Positions 49,951-62,740 of a DNA stretch of 64,000 nucleotides are shown here, piece by piece (position 1 is the stretch's first letter; each line of letters begins with the position of its first letter). Under the pieces are notes generated by a model. It saw only the letters and a list, made by a program, of their open reading frames with translations. It did not search any database and was not told the DNA's origin. The position numbers and the translations under genes are program-made. Origin of the DNA: Epiperipatus broadwayi (Eukaryota; Animalia; Onychophora); the NCBI GenBank assembly GCA_028023455.1, contig JAQFVV010000005.1, positions 19,654,001 through 19,718,000 on the forward strand, read 5' to 3'.

Positions 49951-51337
49951 TTTGCATATTTGAATATTTTATGTGAACATTTATACATTATTAAAAAAAG
50001 CATTATGTATAATCTATTATCGGTTAATTAGCTATGATTATAGGGTTTAAATATTGCCTCAAAGGTGCTTAGCTATAAAGGATTGTTTAATTAATTAAAG
50101 GAAGCTTCACTGGTTTATATGTATTTAACATATTTATTATTTATTAATTTCTTTAAATTTATTGTATGTAATTAAATGGTTTGTTTTTGAGCAGGGTGCA
50201 AGTCGTTTGAGTGCCATAAATGGCAAAATGAAGCTACAATTCATTGACCTTTAGCTCTTAAATCATCACTTTATTACTACTCTAAAGCAAGCAAGGCAGA
50301 AATAATTGAAAGGGATGAAGCTATGTTCCATGGACCTTTATCTTGGGAATTCATCACTCTACCCTATACCATAATATTAATCCTGTCAAAAATCTACTTT
50401 TATCATTTTATTCGCTATACTATTTGATTCAAGTAAACATAATTGTTCACTTCTTTATTTTTTTTTCTCATTAACTATTATGTTGAACATCACTTTGGTT
50501 TTATTAAAGCTTATATTTTATGTCTCTTCAGATGATCACTTATAGCTCACAATTTTTTTACTGTAAGCAATGAGTAAATAATCAAATGTTTAGTTCTAAA
50601 GATTGTATGACATCTAAGGACCAATGATAGGGAATCATTTACAGTAATATATAATTTTAATAAATACTCTGGGATTGTTTATAGTCCATGAATACTTAAA
50701 CTCCTTCAATTTTTCAAATTTTAAAACAATATATTTTAAATGATATTGAACATTAACATAAAACAAACAGTCTGGGCATCTTATTCTACACATACTTTGG
50801 CCCAAGACAAACTGCTAATCTTATCAGTTAAGCTAGAATTTCAAATCACTTTTGTTTCTATATTATCATAGCATTTAAGAATTTCTTTGTAATTTAACTT
50901 CATGTTATATTTTGCAGTTATATGTTAGATTATTTTCTAATTGAAACTTTTATATCTTTTTTTAAATACATTTAACTGCTAATACCAACATATGGGTTAT
51001 GATAGAAAACAATGTTTTAAATAGTATTTAGATTTGAAAATGCAAATTTAAGATGGCTGGGTCTCTAATGAATTAGGCGAATCTGCCAAGATCAGTAGAA
51101 GTTGTATATACTTTTCGATCAGAGTCCTCCAAATTTTTCCATTTTTTTTATAGACAAGGGTAATTGGTTTTCAAATTTTATAAATTATCATGCTTGGTTG
51201 ATTATATGATATTATTTACCATTCCCTATCCAATATTTTTGTTCTTTCCAATATTTTTGTTCTTTTTTAATGTTTTTTGGTATATGAATGGCTTGTTACT
51301 TTAAACACATCTTTTTTCTCTCACTAATCATTGTTTT

Positions 51338-51930
51338 TAAGCCAATAAACATCACATGACCACCACTTCTTATGCTTGTGTATAACTGTTTTAATAACAG
51401 GCAAAACTCACTATATGTATTGCCACATACAGCAAGTTAGAGTAATCAGTGAATCCCAGAAGACTTGTGCATAAAATCCCCATCTAGTGCCTACTCATCC
51501 AATATCCCCAGACTAGTTTCTGGCTTGTGGTCTTCATCAGTGAGGAGCCTTGGATCTGAGAGCACTGCACCTAGATCTTAGGATTTAATGCAACTCTCCA
51601 GCAGCCACCTTTTATCTCCACTTAACTACAAAACTATGAGTCTTAAACTGAAAACACAATGTTTTCAATCCAAGCCCATTAGCCTATATAGTCATATGGG
51701 TCTGAACTCAGTTCAGTACCCATACATTTTGGTGTCTTTGGTTCTTTAATAACCATAGCCACCACTATCCTATTAGGCTCCTCACTGACAAAGACCACAA
51801 GCCAGAAACTAGTCTGAGGATATTGGATGAGTAGGCGCTAGATAGGAATTTTATGCACAAGCCTTCTGGCATCCATTGATTACTCTAGCTTGCTGTGTGC
51901 AGCAATACATATAGTGAGTTTTGCCTGTTT
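51338..51930. mobile_element. Family 1 hammerhead fold-back insertion, copy F
   Basis: 13-bp TSD TAATCATTGTTTT at 51325-51337 and 51931-51943. Antisense arm of about 440 bp and an AGGC junction microhomology. Hammerheads at 51505-51546 (-, core intact) and about 51779-51820 (+, CTGACAA). Confidence 0.9.
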
Positions 51931-52399
51931 TAATCATTGTTTTGTATTCTTTTAATTGTATTTTGAAAAATAAAAAAATTGAATTTTTCTAAAACCAGTA
52001 AATAATTAACCTAAATAATTGAAATAATTCAACATGTATGTATGCATATTTAAAATGGATTCATTATACACACACAGTGACTCATTTAGTTGCTTCATGT
52101 CTGTAATTTAAAAATTAGAAGTTTGTTTTAAAACTAAAGATTTTCAACAATTTTAATAAATAAAAATTATATATACAATTTATTTGCACTGATCTATGAT
52201 ATTATTAATTATAAGTTTAGTTTAAGGAGAAGTTAAAACAAAATATTTCTTTTATTAACATTTGTAAATGGATTTTATAATTATAAAGTGGAAATGGCAT
52301 TATCTTAGAAAAAGTAATTAAAATTCTTATAAACAGATAAATTAATTAAAGAGATAAGTATGTTTCAAAGCAATCTTTATTAAGTTACTATATCAAATC

Positions 52400-53355
52400 T
52401 CATAGGCCCAAATGTGCAGGGACCACATTCTGTTGCCTGCAACAGTGGGCCAAAGAGATTACAATGGTGCACTGATATTATACAATTGGGCAGTGGCTCA
52501 AAGCAGTCCTACCACCTTACACAATAAATTAGGTGTTACAGGTATATTAACTTGGATCAAAAGACAGTCAATCAAGGGAATTCTTTGGTCCTTAGAGGCA
52601 AAATCTATGTGAGTGAAACAACTCTCAACCTGAGGTCCCTGAACTGCTCCCCTCAAACCCCATCTATGCCCAGACCAGCCAGAACTCCACTTAGTGAGAA
52701 CCAAGACCAACTCCTTGGACAAGGTTAATCCACATTGCCCTCCCCCCATAAGTGGGTTAGATTTATCTGGGTGTCTCATTGGTTCAGCCAATCCTGAACA
52801 CTAACCGAATTAAAGAAGGCTGAGAGAACCGTGCCTGGTCATCCCCTTTCTGGGTATGGCAATGATCACCATCAGCTCCCATAGATCTATGAACCCCTCA
52901 TGACCATCGCCTCCACCCCTAAGACTGAGGATTCAGGCAAAAACCTATGATTACCAATTCAACAGTCCAAATAGGCAGGGACCAACTCCATCTACCTGTC
53001 CAAAAATGTACTGTTAACCAAAAATGTACTGTTAACCAAAAAAACACGAAAAAACAAAAAGAAAAGTAAAAAGAACATAAGTCAACACTGTTCACAAGCA
53101 GTCCATCAAGGGGGTGCAGCAACCATCAAGGTCAAGCCTGTCTGGGAACAGTGTCTCTCAACCTGTCCAATGGGTCCAGACATCTCTTTCCTGCGTGTAG
53201 CGATCGCCACCCGCTCCCACAGATGACCAAGCTCCCCATGACTACCTCCCCGAGGAAGAAGAGTCGAGTGGAGACCCATGCTCTTGATGCAACAATGTTG
53301 ATATGGGCGAGTCCAAATAGGCCAGGACCACATTCAGTCTACCTGCCCATCTAGA
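52400..53355. other. GC-richer unclassified insert with three copies of a roughly 38-bp motif
   Basis: A motif like tccaaataggc.ggaccac...ctacctg.cc at about 52407, 52964 and 53310. Confidence 0.4.
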
Positions 53356-53399
53356 CCAAGGGGAATACACTGTATTACATAGGTGATCAATTACAAATA

Positions 53400-54050
53400 C
53401 ATGGGATTAAATACTTTGATTTACAGAAATACATGGTGTAAGACACATTGATTCATTGTAGTCTTGAAATTGTAGCTAGCTTTATCTGCACACCGTGAGA
53501 ACACAATTTGTCCATTTTACTTTGAGGTCAGTGGAGCCTAAAGTCTGTTTGACACTATTGTCAACTTCTGATGCCTGCCAAATGTTTAAAATACCTGTTC
53601 GACTCACCGACTACAAAGTTTTCCAGGGTTTACAATCTGGCCTATAAATTTCCACTTGATTATTCCGATTGGGAAAAGTGGGAATAGCATTATAGGATTC
53701 TTGCTTGTTATGGTTGTAGAGCAGAGGTTGATGGCAAAATCATGTTTTGACAATTGTTTCTGTAACCCTACAGTGGGCTTGATTGTAGTAAGATTTCAAC
53801 TGTGACTCTTATAAATTGATTCTATTTTAATTCGCTTGTCTAGATAAAGTCTTGATTAGTAATCAAGGTTTCAGTTGTGTAATCTAAAAGTTTGTAATTA
53901 ATCTTTGGAATATTCTCAATAATTGTTGGATTAAAAGAGGTTGAATAATTTGCAGCTTCAATGTATCTGTTTAGGTCTATAACATCATTTGTACTTATTT
54001 TTATCTTTAAATCATTGTTTTTGGCTCAGGATTTATTTTGTTGTGATTCT
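53400..54050 (-). mobile_element. Possible highly decayed Penelope-like remnant
   Basis: Frameshifted IYRPDCKP..VGESNRYF and DLKIK..NRYI fragments. Weak. Confidence 0.25.
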
Positions 54051-56812
54051 GTGTTGATTTAGAAATTTTTTATTCTTTTTGTGGCCCCCCAATCACACCG
54101 GAAATGACCCAATAACTTCTGTTCTGATCATCGGAAAAATTTGGTTTTTGTGGAGGGGGTAGCTTAAATCATAATCTATAATAATTGATTCTAAAATTAA
54201 GATCGAATTAATATTTAAAATAATTTTCCCCTCCTGCACTGTTTTGCCGCATTCAGCCACTTCTGGTTCGACACCACGATATCGTAACTTTTTTCCTATG
54301 AATGATTTAATGCTGGGATTTCTTTTTCCATGGTGTTATGGTTAATTTTTATATCTAGTATGTTCCCTGGACTATTTTCTGTCTTCCCTGACTGGTTTGC
54401 AGCCATAGAACCTTGTTTTACTTTATTAATATCTGATGTTATGGTGAAATTCTTAAGACTATTTTTGTTAAGCATTTTTTTTCAACGTTTTCAATGGGAT
54501 TTGGTTTCCAAATCCTTTTTCAATCTGTTCTATCATTAAAAATAGGATTTCAAGTGACTTTATTCTTTTTTGTATTGTTTGGTTTCATTTTAAATTTTTT
54601 TCTTTAAGTTTTGTGTTGCTCTAATGATTCTAAGAATTACTTATCCTGGCTTTTGCCTTTTTTTTTTAATGGCAGCCATTTGCATAAAACGGAATGATTA
54701 ATAATTTCTATTACTTATGAATGAAACTGATTTAAAATTTCTTGTGAGGTAATAAAACAGGTACTCACATCTTAGCAAACTTTTTTCCAATGAACTCACA
54801 ATGTGACAGTGTAATTATTCCCATCCTGATCGAGCCAGTGAACAGTCAACTGCTCAGGCTGGCAACAGGTAGTAGACTCAAAGAGATAAGTATTTGATGT
54901 AATTTAGTCGGGATAAGTATTTGGTGTAATTTAGTCTGGTAATCCTTTTCAAAGATAACATTTTTTAAATGTCATGATTGGATAAATAAACCACAGATCA
55001 GTTATCTATCACTAATAAATCAATGGATTGAAACAACAGCTGATGGATCTGCTTTTGCTGATAAGGTAACTTCAGGAACTCTAAATAGGGATTATAAATC
55101 ATTGTGCTCAAGATATACTTTTGATTGATTATTGCTGAACTATTATTGATTACTGCTGAATCATTATTGCTGCTGATTAGTTCTTGATTGTGCCTTCAAT
55201 ATACTTTATTGTGCTTAGTGTTGAAAAATACAATGGAAGAGTAGGGAAGTCGCAATTTACCTTACTCTTGCCAACCAGCGAAGTGCAGGCCAAAGATCCT
55301 TAGAGAAAGCATGGAAAGGAGCCATTAGCTAATGTAGAAACAGCATTGCATCCATTATATACCTAAACTTAAAGTGTCTATTGTCATGAGGAGAAACCAG
55401 CCATCAATTAATAAATAAACTAATATCCGATGCGGCCAGTTGAGTTCAGGCCATTATGATTAAAGCCTATCACTGTTATAACTATAGTTGAACAAAGTCC
55501 TCCAAAAAGTATACCAGTACCTGAAGCCTGAGCTTGAATTTTAAATGATGAAAGGGAATGGGTATGAGCTGTAAAATATATTTTATTATAGTACTAACAT
55601 TAAGTATTTATCTCCATTATCCTTATATAAAGTATTGTTATTATTCATTTTGTATATCTGTTTATAAATTAGTATGATAAGCAATTACCACTATGCTTTA
55701 TTTAATCATGTGACAATTCAGTCAGCGTAAATCTAAAAGAGAAGAATAAATTTTTATCAAAAGCAATTGGCTTATTATTGCAATCTTTGACCAGACTCAG
55801 TATTTTAAAACCAGCCAGTTCCACTTCTTGCAAAGATAAAACAGCCTGCATAGGCAGAACAAATTTTTTTTTTTTGTTTGTAATTTTTTTTTAATAGTTT
55901 ACAGTTTTAAGGAAACTACCCTCCAGTTTTGGGGAAGGATAATTGGGGGTATTGTTGTAAATGGATTGTTGTAACTTTATTTTGGGCTGTCTTGTTTATA
56001 TATGATATTCATTTGTACCTGTTAATTATTCATAAATGAATGTAATACCATTAAGATTGCAGGTCACATGCAGTCATTATCTTATTTAGAGCAGTGGTGT
56101 GCAATAGACAAACATTCTCACTGTATATTATCTGTTTTGTTTTTGTACATATCTTGAATAATTGTTTTGTGACTGCCCGTTACCCTTATGCTTAGTATCT
56201 TTACAATAGTACTAATAGATGAAAATTCCGATTGTATAGGTATTTCTAACTCATGTATTTATTTATCTATAAATAATGTAATGCAGATGCTGCCTCTTAC
56301 AATTGCACATGCACTTATAGCATTTAGTTAATTACCTGTATTACAGCCTGAAAATATTTATGGTGGTTCTGTTTTTTAAATAATTTATGAAATGGATTTA
56401 TCATAGTTAATAAATTCAGAGTATCCTCAGACTGTCGGTTTATTAATCTTAAAACTGTAATAATAATTGCTAATGGTCATTAGTCTATGTAGCAAGTTTA
56501 TATCTTCAGAATCAGTTTAAATGTATTATACTGTATATTAGTTATGCACAAAGTTAATCAATCATTAATCATATCAACTTGTTTTAAAAAATTAACAGGG
56601 CAGTCAATTTATGCTGTCGTGTGTGTATTACAAAATTGTGTATACATGAATAAATTGTAGGGTATCATTTATCTTTAGCATTTGTTATTATTTTGCAATC
56701 AATAATTTAAACAGAATAAGATAGAGTCTCGTATGTCCAGCTGATTTTAGCAGATGTGTGGAGCACACATGCAGATTACCCTTAGGTGATTTTCATGTGA
56801 GTTGTACATTTG

Positions 56813-57160
56813 GGATAGTTACAATATGTACAGTTAAATTGACATCATTATGTGCATCACAGTGACATAATTGTTTGGTAAGGATAGTTACAATATGTAC
56901 AGTTAAATTGACATCATTATGTGCATCACAGTGACATAATTGTTTGGTAAGGGTAGTTACAATATGTACAGTTAAATTGACATCATTATGTGCATCACAG
57001 TGACATAATTGTTTGGTAAGGGTAGTTACAATATGTACAGTTAAATTGACATCATTATGTGCATCACAGTGACATAATTGTTTGGTAAGGATAGTTACAA
57101 TATGTACAGTTAAATTGACATCATTATGTGCATCACAGTGACATAATTGTTTGGTAAGGA
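56813..57160 (+). repeat. Five near-identical tandem 69-bp units
   Basis: gg(a/g)tagttacaatatgtacagttaaattgacatcattatgtgcatcacagtgacataattgtttggtaa x5. Confidence 0.95.
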
Positions 57161-57625
57161 ATCCCTCATCATTCACCAAAATAAAATGAGAGAATAGTGG
57201 GGTTATTTTATTATTATTTTTTTGAGATTAATTAAACAATGAAAGAAATTGCTTCCCCATTCATCATAATGGTTAATTAATTTTGCAATTTTTTATTTTT
57301 TTTAAAAATTAATGATGTTATCATTCATTTTTACTTCTCTACATAAGCAGCGAAAGGCAATGAAAATTGTCCTGCTATATGATGTTTCAACTAAACCAAT
57401 CTGTTAATGCTGATTGTAATAGACAGATAGTCTTTTTTCATTAATGTGAATACTATCTCTTTACAGAGAATACATGAATGAAAAAATAGTTAAGATTGTG
57501 TAAGTTTAGTTATTTTATCTTTAAATTTAATAAATGTGCAGAACATTGAAGAAAATAAAGTTTAATATCTTAAATTTGAAGAATAATTGTTCAATGTTTG
57601 CAAATAAAGCAATTACATTAACATT

Positions 57626-57739
57626 GTCAAACGTTGTTAGCCGAGAGATCATCGCAGCTGCCTTACAAGCAAGTAGTTGGTTGCAGACAGTTGTGGGTTC
57701 GCGTCCCAGCTGATGCTATGACATATGGGGGGAAAAAAA
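57626..57739 (+). mobile_element. tRNA-derived SINE (family S1), copy 3
   Basis: TAGCCGAGAGA A box and GGTTCGCGTCCC B box. 15-bp TSD AATTACATTAACATT at 57611-57625 and 57740-57754. Confidence 0.85.
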
Positions 57740-59334
57740 AATTACATTAACATTAGATATCGAAGGACTTTGAGATATGAAAGCATTAATTTGAATTAGT
57801 AATAACTTTTGACTTGTAGTTTGTCTTACACTGTTGGTGCATATTTTTTTCTACCATTATTCAATTTTTTTATGTATCCTGTGTAGGAATAAGTACACTA
57901 ATAAAAACAATAATGTGATTGGAAAATAATGTGACTTTTGTCACTGATCATGGAGATAACATGCTCTTACTGGCGCTGAATCCATGGTTTACTTTTTCAT
58001 TTTTATCTAAATCTTGTGCAAAATAAAAAGAGCTTTTGAACTTTCATTATAATCTGTTTTCTATCAGTGATTCTAAAAGTTGCAATCCAGGAATAAAGGT
58101 ACACCATATATTTATGGCCCTGAGCAGTTTAATTCAGTTGTAAAAGGATTAGAATTACAAAGATCAATTCTTAGTTGAGGAACATAAATAAAGCATAAGA
58201 AAATTCAGTTCAAACTAACTGAATCTTCCATTAGAGTGTTTGTCCCAAATGATCTCTCATATAATTAAAGATACATTAATAACAATTTTTTTATTATTTC
58301 AGCTTCACTTTATAATTAATAATACGCTGGTGCGTTGCGGTGAAACTTTTTTATGCAATAATTTGTAGGCTTTTTTTTTTATATATTTTAATTTGCAGAC
58401 TTAGCGCTTTCAAAGCCCTTGTTGCTCCATATTCATAGTCTTTTCAGATTATTAGTTATATGCAAATGTATCATTATTATTATCGCCAGATGATTGTGAA
58501 TTTTGCTTTGAATCTTATATACCATTCAACATCTTTTTCTTTTTTTAATCATAATTTTAGATTTGATGATAATATTTAAATCCTTTTCTTTTTCCTTTAG
58601 CATTATGCATCTAGCAACCATCATTAATTCCATTTACTATTCAAACTAAAAGTCATTAGTTTTGAATCTAAGTTCACCTGCTTAAACAATTATATAAATC
58701 TGACTCCAGATCAATAACTGTATATTTTATTCCTGGGGGGAGGGGGGGACAATGAACATTATTTTCTCCTGGCTAGAAATGGTAATAATAACAATAAACA
58801 CTTTTTTTACCTTACACAATATATGATAAAAGCATTTTCCCTCCACTTTTCAGTCTCCGTCCTAATTGATAAGAGCAAATGACAGAAATTGGATTGGGAA
58901 TTAAAATGCTCTATCATCTGGTAATCAATGATTATTAAATCTTCGTACAGATAGCACTAGAGTGGAAAACAGCTCTTGTTTTAGCATATATTGTGTAAAG
59001 AATTATGATTTAATTTTAGAATTTGAAATCTTTTGCACTTATTTAAAGATTTTTCCTGCAACTAATAAACCTTTTATTTTTATATATATCAAATACTTAT
59101 AGAATGACTCTGCAGTAATGAAATCTGTGTGATCAAAATTTCTCTTAAATTTTATTTCACTTTCTTAACTAAAGAACAAATCAGAAAAAAAAACATTTTC
59201 TAACCTATCAGATATAAAATGACAACTACAATTAAAATATCTGCATTTTAAAAGTTTTTAAAATCAAAGTTATAATGTAATAGAATTTCTGAAAATATTT
59301 CAGAAATAGACCACCAGCTGAAGCCATTGTTAAT

Positions 59335-60160
59335 AGTAGATCAAAAGTTTGGTAGATTGCAGTTTATGGATAATAAAAGAATAGCCAAAATAGTATTTAA
59401 TTGGGTTATGAATAAAGGGTAGGCAACAAGATGTGTGAGAAAGGTAATTCGATAAGCAGAAAATTTGGATAAAGAATTTAGGTCATATACTTATACAAAT
59501 GGTGGGATGATTGTATTAGGAGAATTGTTGAGTGCTATAGTGTTAAGGAACGGCATAAAAGAATAGATGCATTAATAAAGACTAGAGAGTTGGAGAGATG
59601 GACAACTAGTATGGAGAAAAAAGAGTTTAAATATATATATATATAGAAGTAAACAATATTGGGTGCGAGTTAATTTATGATAATAGCAAGGAAAGTAGTT
59701 TACTGTTTAAAGCTCGAACAGGATCATTAGCAACAAAGGAGTATACACATAAAGATCTTTAGCAACAAAGGAGTATAAACATAAATGGAAAAATGTGGGT
59801 GATTTAGTCTGCAAGTTGTGTAAGGAAGGCATAGAAAATATTAGGCATCTCTTAATTGAATGTAAATGTCTGAAACCAGAAAGGGTACAGATAATGAAGT
59901 TGTGGAAGAATAAATATAAACAAAATGATCATACAGAAAGTGGCTTATTGGTTTTTATACTGGGTTTGGGAAAAGATAGGGGGGGTTTAGATGTAAAGGC
60001 CATGGAGTTGACAAAGATTATGTTGTGGAAATAGGATGAAGCAGGATATTGGGAAAACGTAAGGCAGAGAATGGAAAGGGAAGTTGAAGTGGTTAACAGG
60101 TTTTTCTGGGCATACTTGCTGAGAGATTCCTGACTCTGTATAAGGGCAAGTCATAGTGCA
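59335..60160 (+). mobile_element. 3' fragment of the same LINE family as 15565-19830
   Basis: LLFKARTGSL and CKLCKEGIENIRHLLIEC. It matches the reverse complement of about 15570-16350. Confidence 0.85.
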
Positions 60161-60787
60161 TCATATTAAGCTAGAAAATAATTAAACAGCCACAATGTTT
60201 CAAAATATATTCACAAATTTTATAAAATAAGTTAGTGATATATCGCAATAAAAATTATCAACAAAATCAGTTATAGTAGTATAATGAAAATAACATTCAC
60301 TGCATTTAGATCTGTCTTTGCATACTTATCTGATGAAAGAATGAACATAGCAAAGCTTGAATAATACATTTTTAACACAAATTTATAACTACCACTTAAT
60401 TTTTGTTTCTAAAAACAGTTCTTCACTCTATTCTAAGCATTTACTATGAGCTTGAATGATTGGTGAGTACTTAAGCTTATAAAAGATGGCTCTGGACAAT
60501 AGCTCTTGGATGCGTGTGTTAAAAATAAGTTGAAAAAATCACATGGTGTATTCCTATATTTTAATTTTTAAAATGTGTGTATTATGACACCAACAAAAAT
60601 AATGATAAAATAGAATAATATAGTTACAAAAAAAAGGCAATATAATAATTAGTCAAGAAGGAGAAAGAACAACCATATGATTGAATGCACAAGAAAAAGA
60701 CTGCTTGAGTGTGCTAATGCAAGTAAACGCACACAAAATTTATAAATTTAAATTTACAATTTTGCATTTAATACCTTTCCAACTGTT

Positions 60788-61353
60788 ATATATAGAGGTC
60801 GCAAATAAGCTCTTAACAAGTTTTGCAGAATATCCCCAACTCCAGATTGTTTTCTGCTACTGGTTTCCTCAGTGAGGTGCTAGGATATTCAAGCATTAGA
60901 TTTGCGAGCTCTATATATAACATTTGTAATACAAGCTTGTTAAAATAGGTCATGTCACATATGACTATTTCTTTGTAATTTTATTTTTTGCTATTAAGGC
61001 TTTGGCGATTTTATATTGCTAAAGTTATTAATATATGGTGTATCTGAACTTGGTTCAGTCTCATATGGCTATTTAAGTTAGATTTCTGGATTGGAAGACA
61101 TAAGTACATCTGAAAATTTCAGATTTTCTACTTAATAGCTATCCATTAGATAAATTACTGGGCTTGTTCTGGTATTTTTAATCTAATGCTTGAATATCCT
61201 AGCACTTCATTGAGGAATCCAGTAGCAAAAACCGGTCTAAGGTTCGGGATATTTTGCAAAGCTTGTTAAGAGCTTATTTGTGAGCTCTGTATATGACATT
61301 TGTAATACAAGCTTGTCAAATTAGGTCATGTGACATATGACTTGATTTCTTTG
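60788..61353. mobile_element. Family 4 fold-back insertion (about 376-bp monomer, distant relative of family 1) with decayed hammerheads
   Basis: GAGCTCT recurs at 60906 and 61282. Imperfect TSD TACCTTTCCAACTGTT (60772-60787) / TACTTTTCAACTGTT (61354-61368). Hammerhead-like motifs at 60840-60877 (-, CTGAGGA..GAAAAC) and 61205-61242 (+, TTGAGGA..AAAACCGGTC). Confidence 0.75.
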
Positions 61354-61884
61354 TACTTTTCAACTGTTTACTGAAATCACAGGCAATTGTTTTGCAGATA
61401 TGGTAGAACTACTGTATCACGAACATGTATTTTAAATACAAATATATAAGTCTACCAAAATAAATAAAATAAGGAATTAAACTTTACGAATCACTTAAAT
61501 TTTTCAAAAATAAAAATTTCACAAAAAATTAATATGATCTAAATTTAAGTTTCTTTTATTTAAATCATCTGCTTATCAAATCTGTGAAGAGATGATTTTA
61601 GTGTTTTGGGTATAATAAATAATCAAACACCTTATTACTCAGGAGATCGTAAAAAGTTTGAGCATTGGAATGATAGAGCTGGAATTGTGATCCAAGAACT
61701 TTGAACTCCAGTGCCTACATCTGTACTGAATCATGCAAGGCAAATATTACAAAATTCATAGATAGACCAACCAAATATCATTAAATTAGTAAGATATCCA
61801 AAGTTTTTAGCACTTTTATAGCAATGCTTATTAATACATTGTACAGGCTTAAACCTGCATTTATACATAATATATGTGGGGTTT

Positions 61885-62035
61885 GAACTCAGACTTTCAC
61901 ATGACCCACCACTCTCAGTGCCATCTCATATTGCTGACCCACCTGATCACACACATGTTGAGAAGATAAATAATCACCAATATACATATTTCATGCTAAA
62001 CCAGCAATCATCAGTTGGTCTAGATTACTATCCTC
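61885..62035 (-). mobile_element. Second family 3 copy with hammerhead at 61976-62019
   Basis: The minus strand reads ACCAA CTGATGA TTGCTGGTTTAGCAT GAAA TATGTA TA TTGGT. Confidence 0.8.
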
Positions 62036-62175
62036 ACACATATGCTTATTTTAAATATTTAACAAACAACAGATTTCTCATAATGCACTTTTTACAATAT
62101 TTACTTTATGTCAGTTTCAACTGAATAGCAGTCTAGATGTCTTATAATGCACTTTTTATTTGTTATAAATGTGTT

Positions 62176-62740
62176 TTTTTTTTTCAGTGATAAAAGTTTA
62201 TTCATCAAAAAAAAGTTTATTCATTAAAAAAAAAAACAGATACAAATACAGTTAGAAAAAGGTTTACAAGGGAGTGATTATATGATAAATTGGAATTTCA
62301 GGAGCAACATGGTAAGAAGGAAGTTTACATATGAAAAGGGAATGGGAAGTGGAAAGGGGAAACGGTGTGTAGTCCAGGCCAGTGTGAGATGCATATCTTC
62401 ATTGAGCAAGCACAGCATGGGTTATAAACATTTGAATGATTGAGTCCTATGACAAAGGCTGAGAGGATGGGAGTTGGAGGATTTCTCAAGGGTCTGTAAG
62501 GAGTGGAGGTGGGGCTAGTTTGGTATCTCTGGTTTTGACAGAGCAAATTAGCTTTTGATTCACTGAGTGTACCCTCTGGTCAAAAATAATGTCACATTGG
62601 AGCAACCAGAGTGCATAGATGAGGAAAACTGATAATATAATAGTTGGAAAGACCCCTGTTTCTATGGATTCTTGGAGGTTAAAGATGGTATTCCTGTGCA
62701 AGGAAAGGCAGGAGTTGATGACATGTCTCACTCCAAGCAG
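62176..62740 (-). mobile_element. Possible L1/Tx1-type LINE 3' end
   Basis: FLIYALWLLQCDIIFDQ resembles the IW..RN..IF motif. The minus strand ends with AATAAA and an A run. Confidence 0.3.

Noticed and set aside
4627-51930. Calling the palindromic elements MITEs or foldback DNA transposons
   Set aside because: The TSDs are 12-16 bp, the two arms end at different monomer positions, the arms contain head-to-tail monomer junctions, and they carry hammerhead cores. All of this points to an RNA-templated origin.
56793-57179. 128-aa Cys/His-rich repeat protein
   Set aside because: It is an artefact of a 69-bp (23-codon) stop-free tandem unit, with a non-ATG start and no splice context.
20152-57739. 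tRNA genes at 20152, 34391 and 57626
   Set aside because: There is no complete cloverleaf, and the A tails and 15-bp TSDs identify them as SINE insertions.
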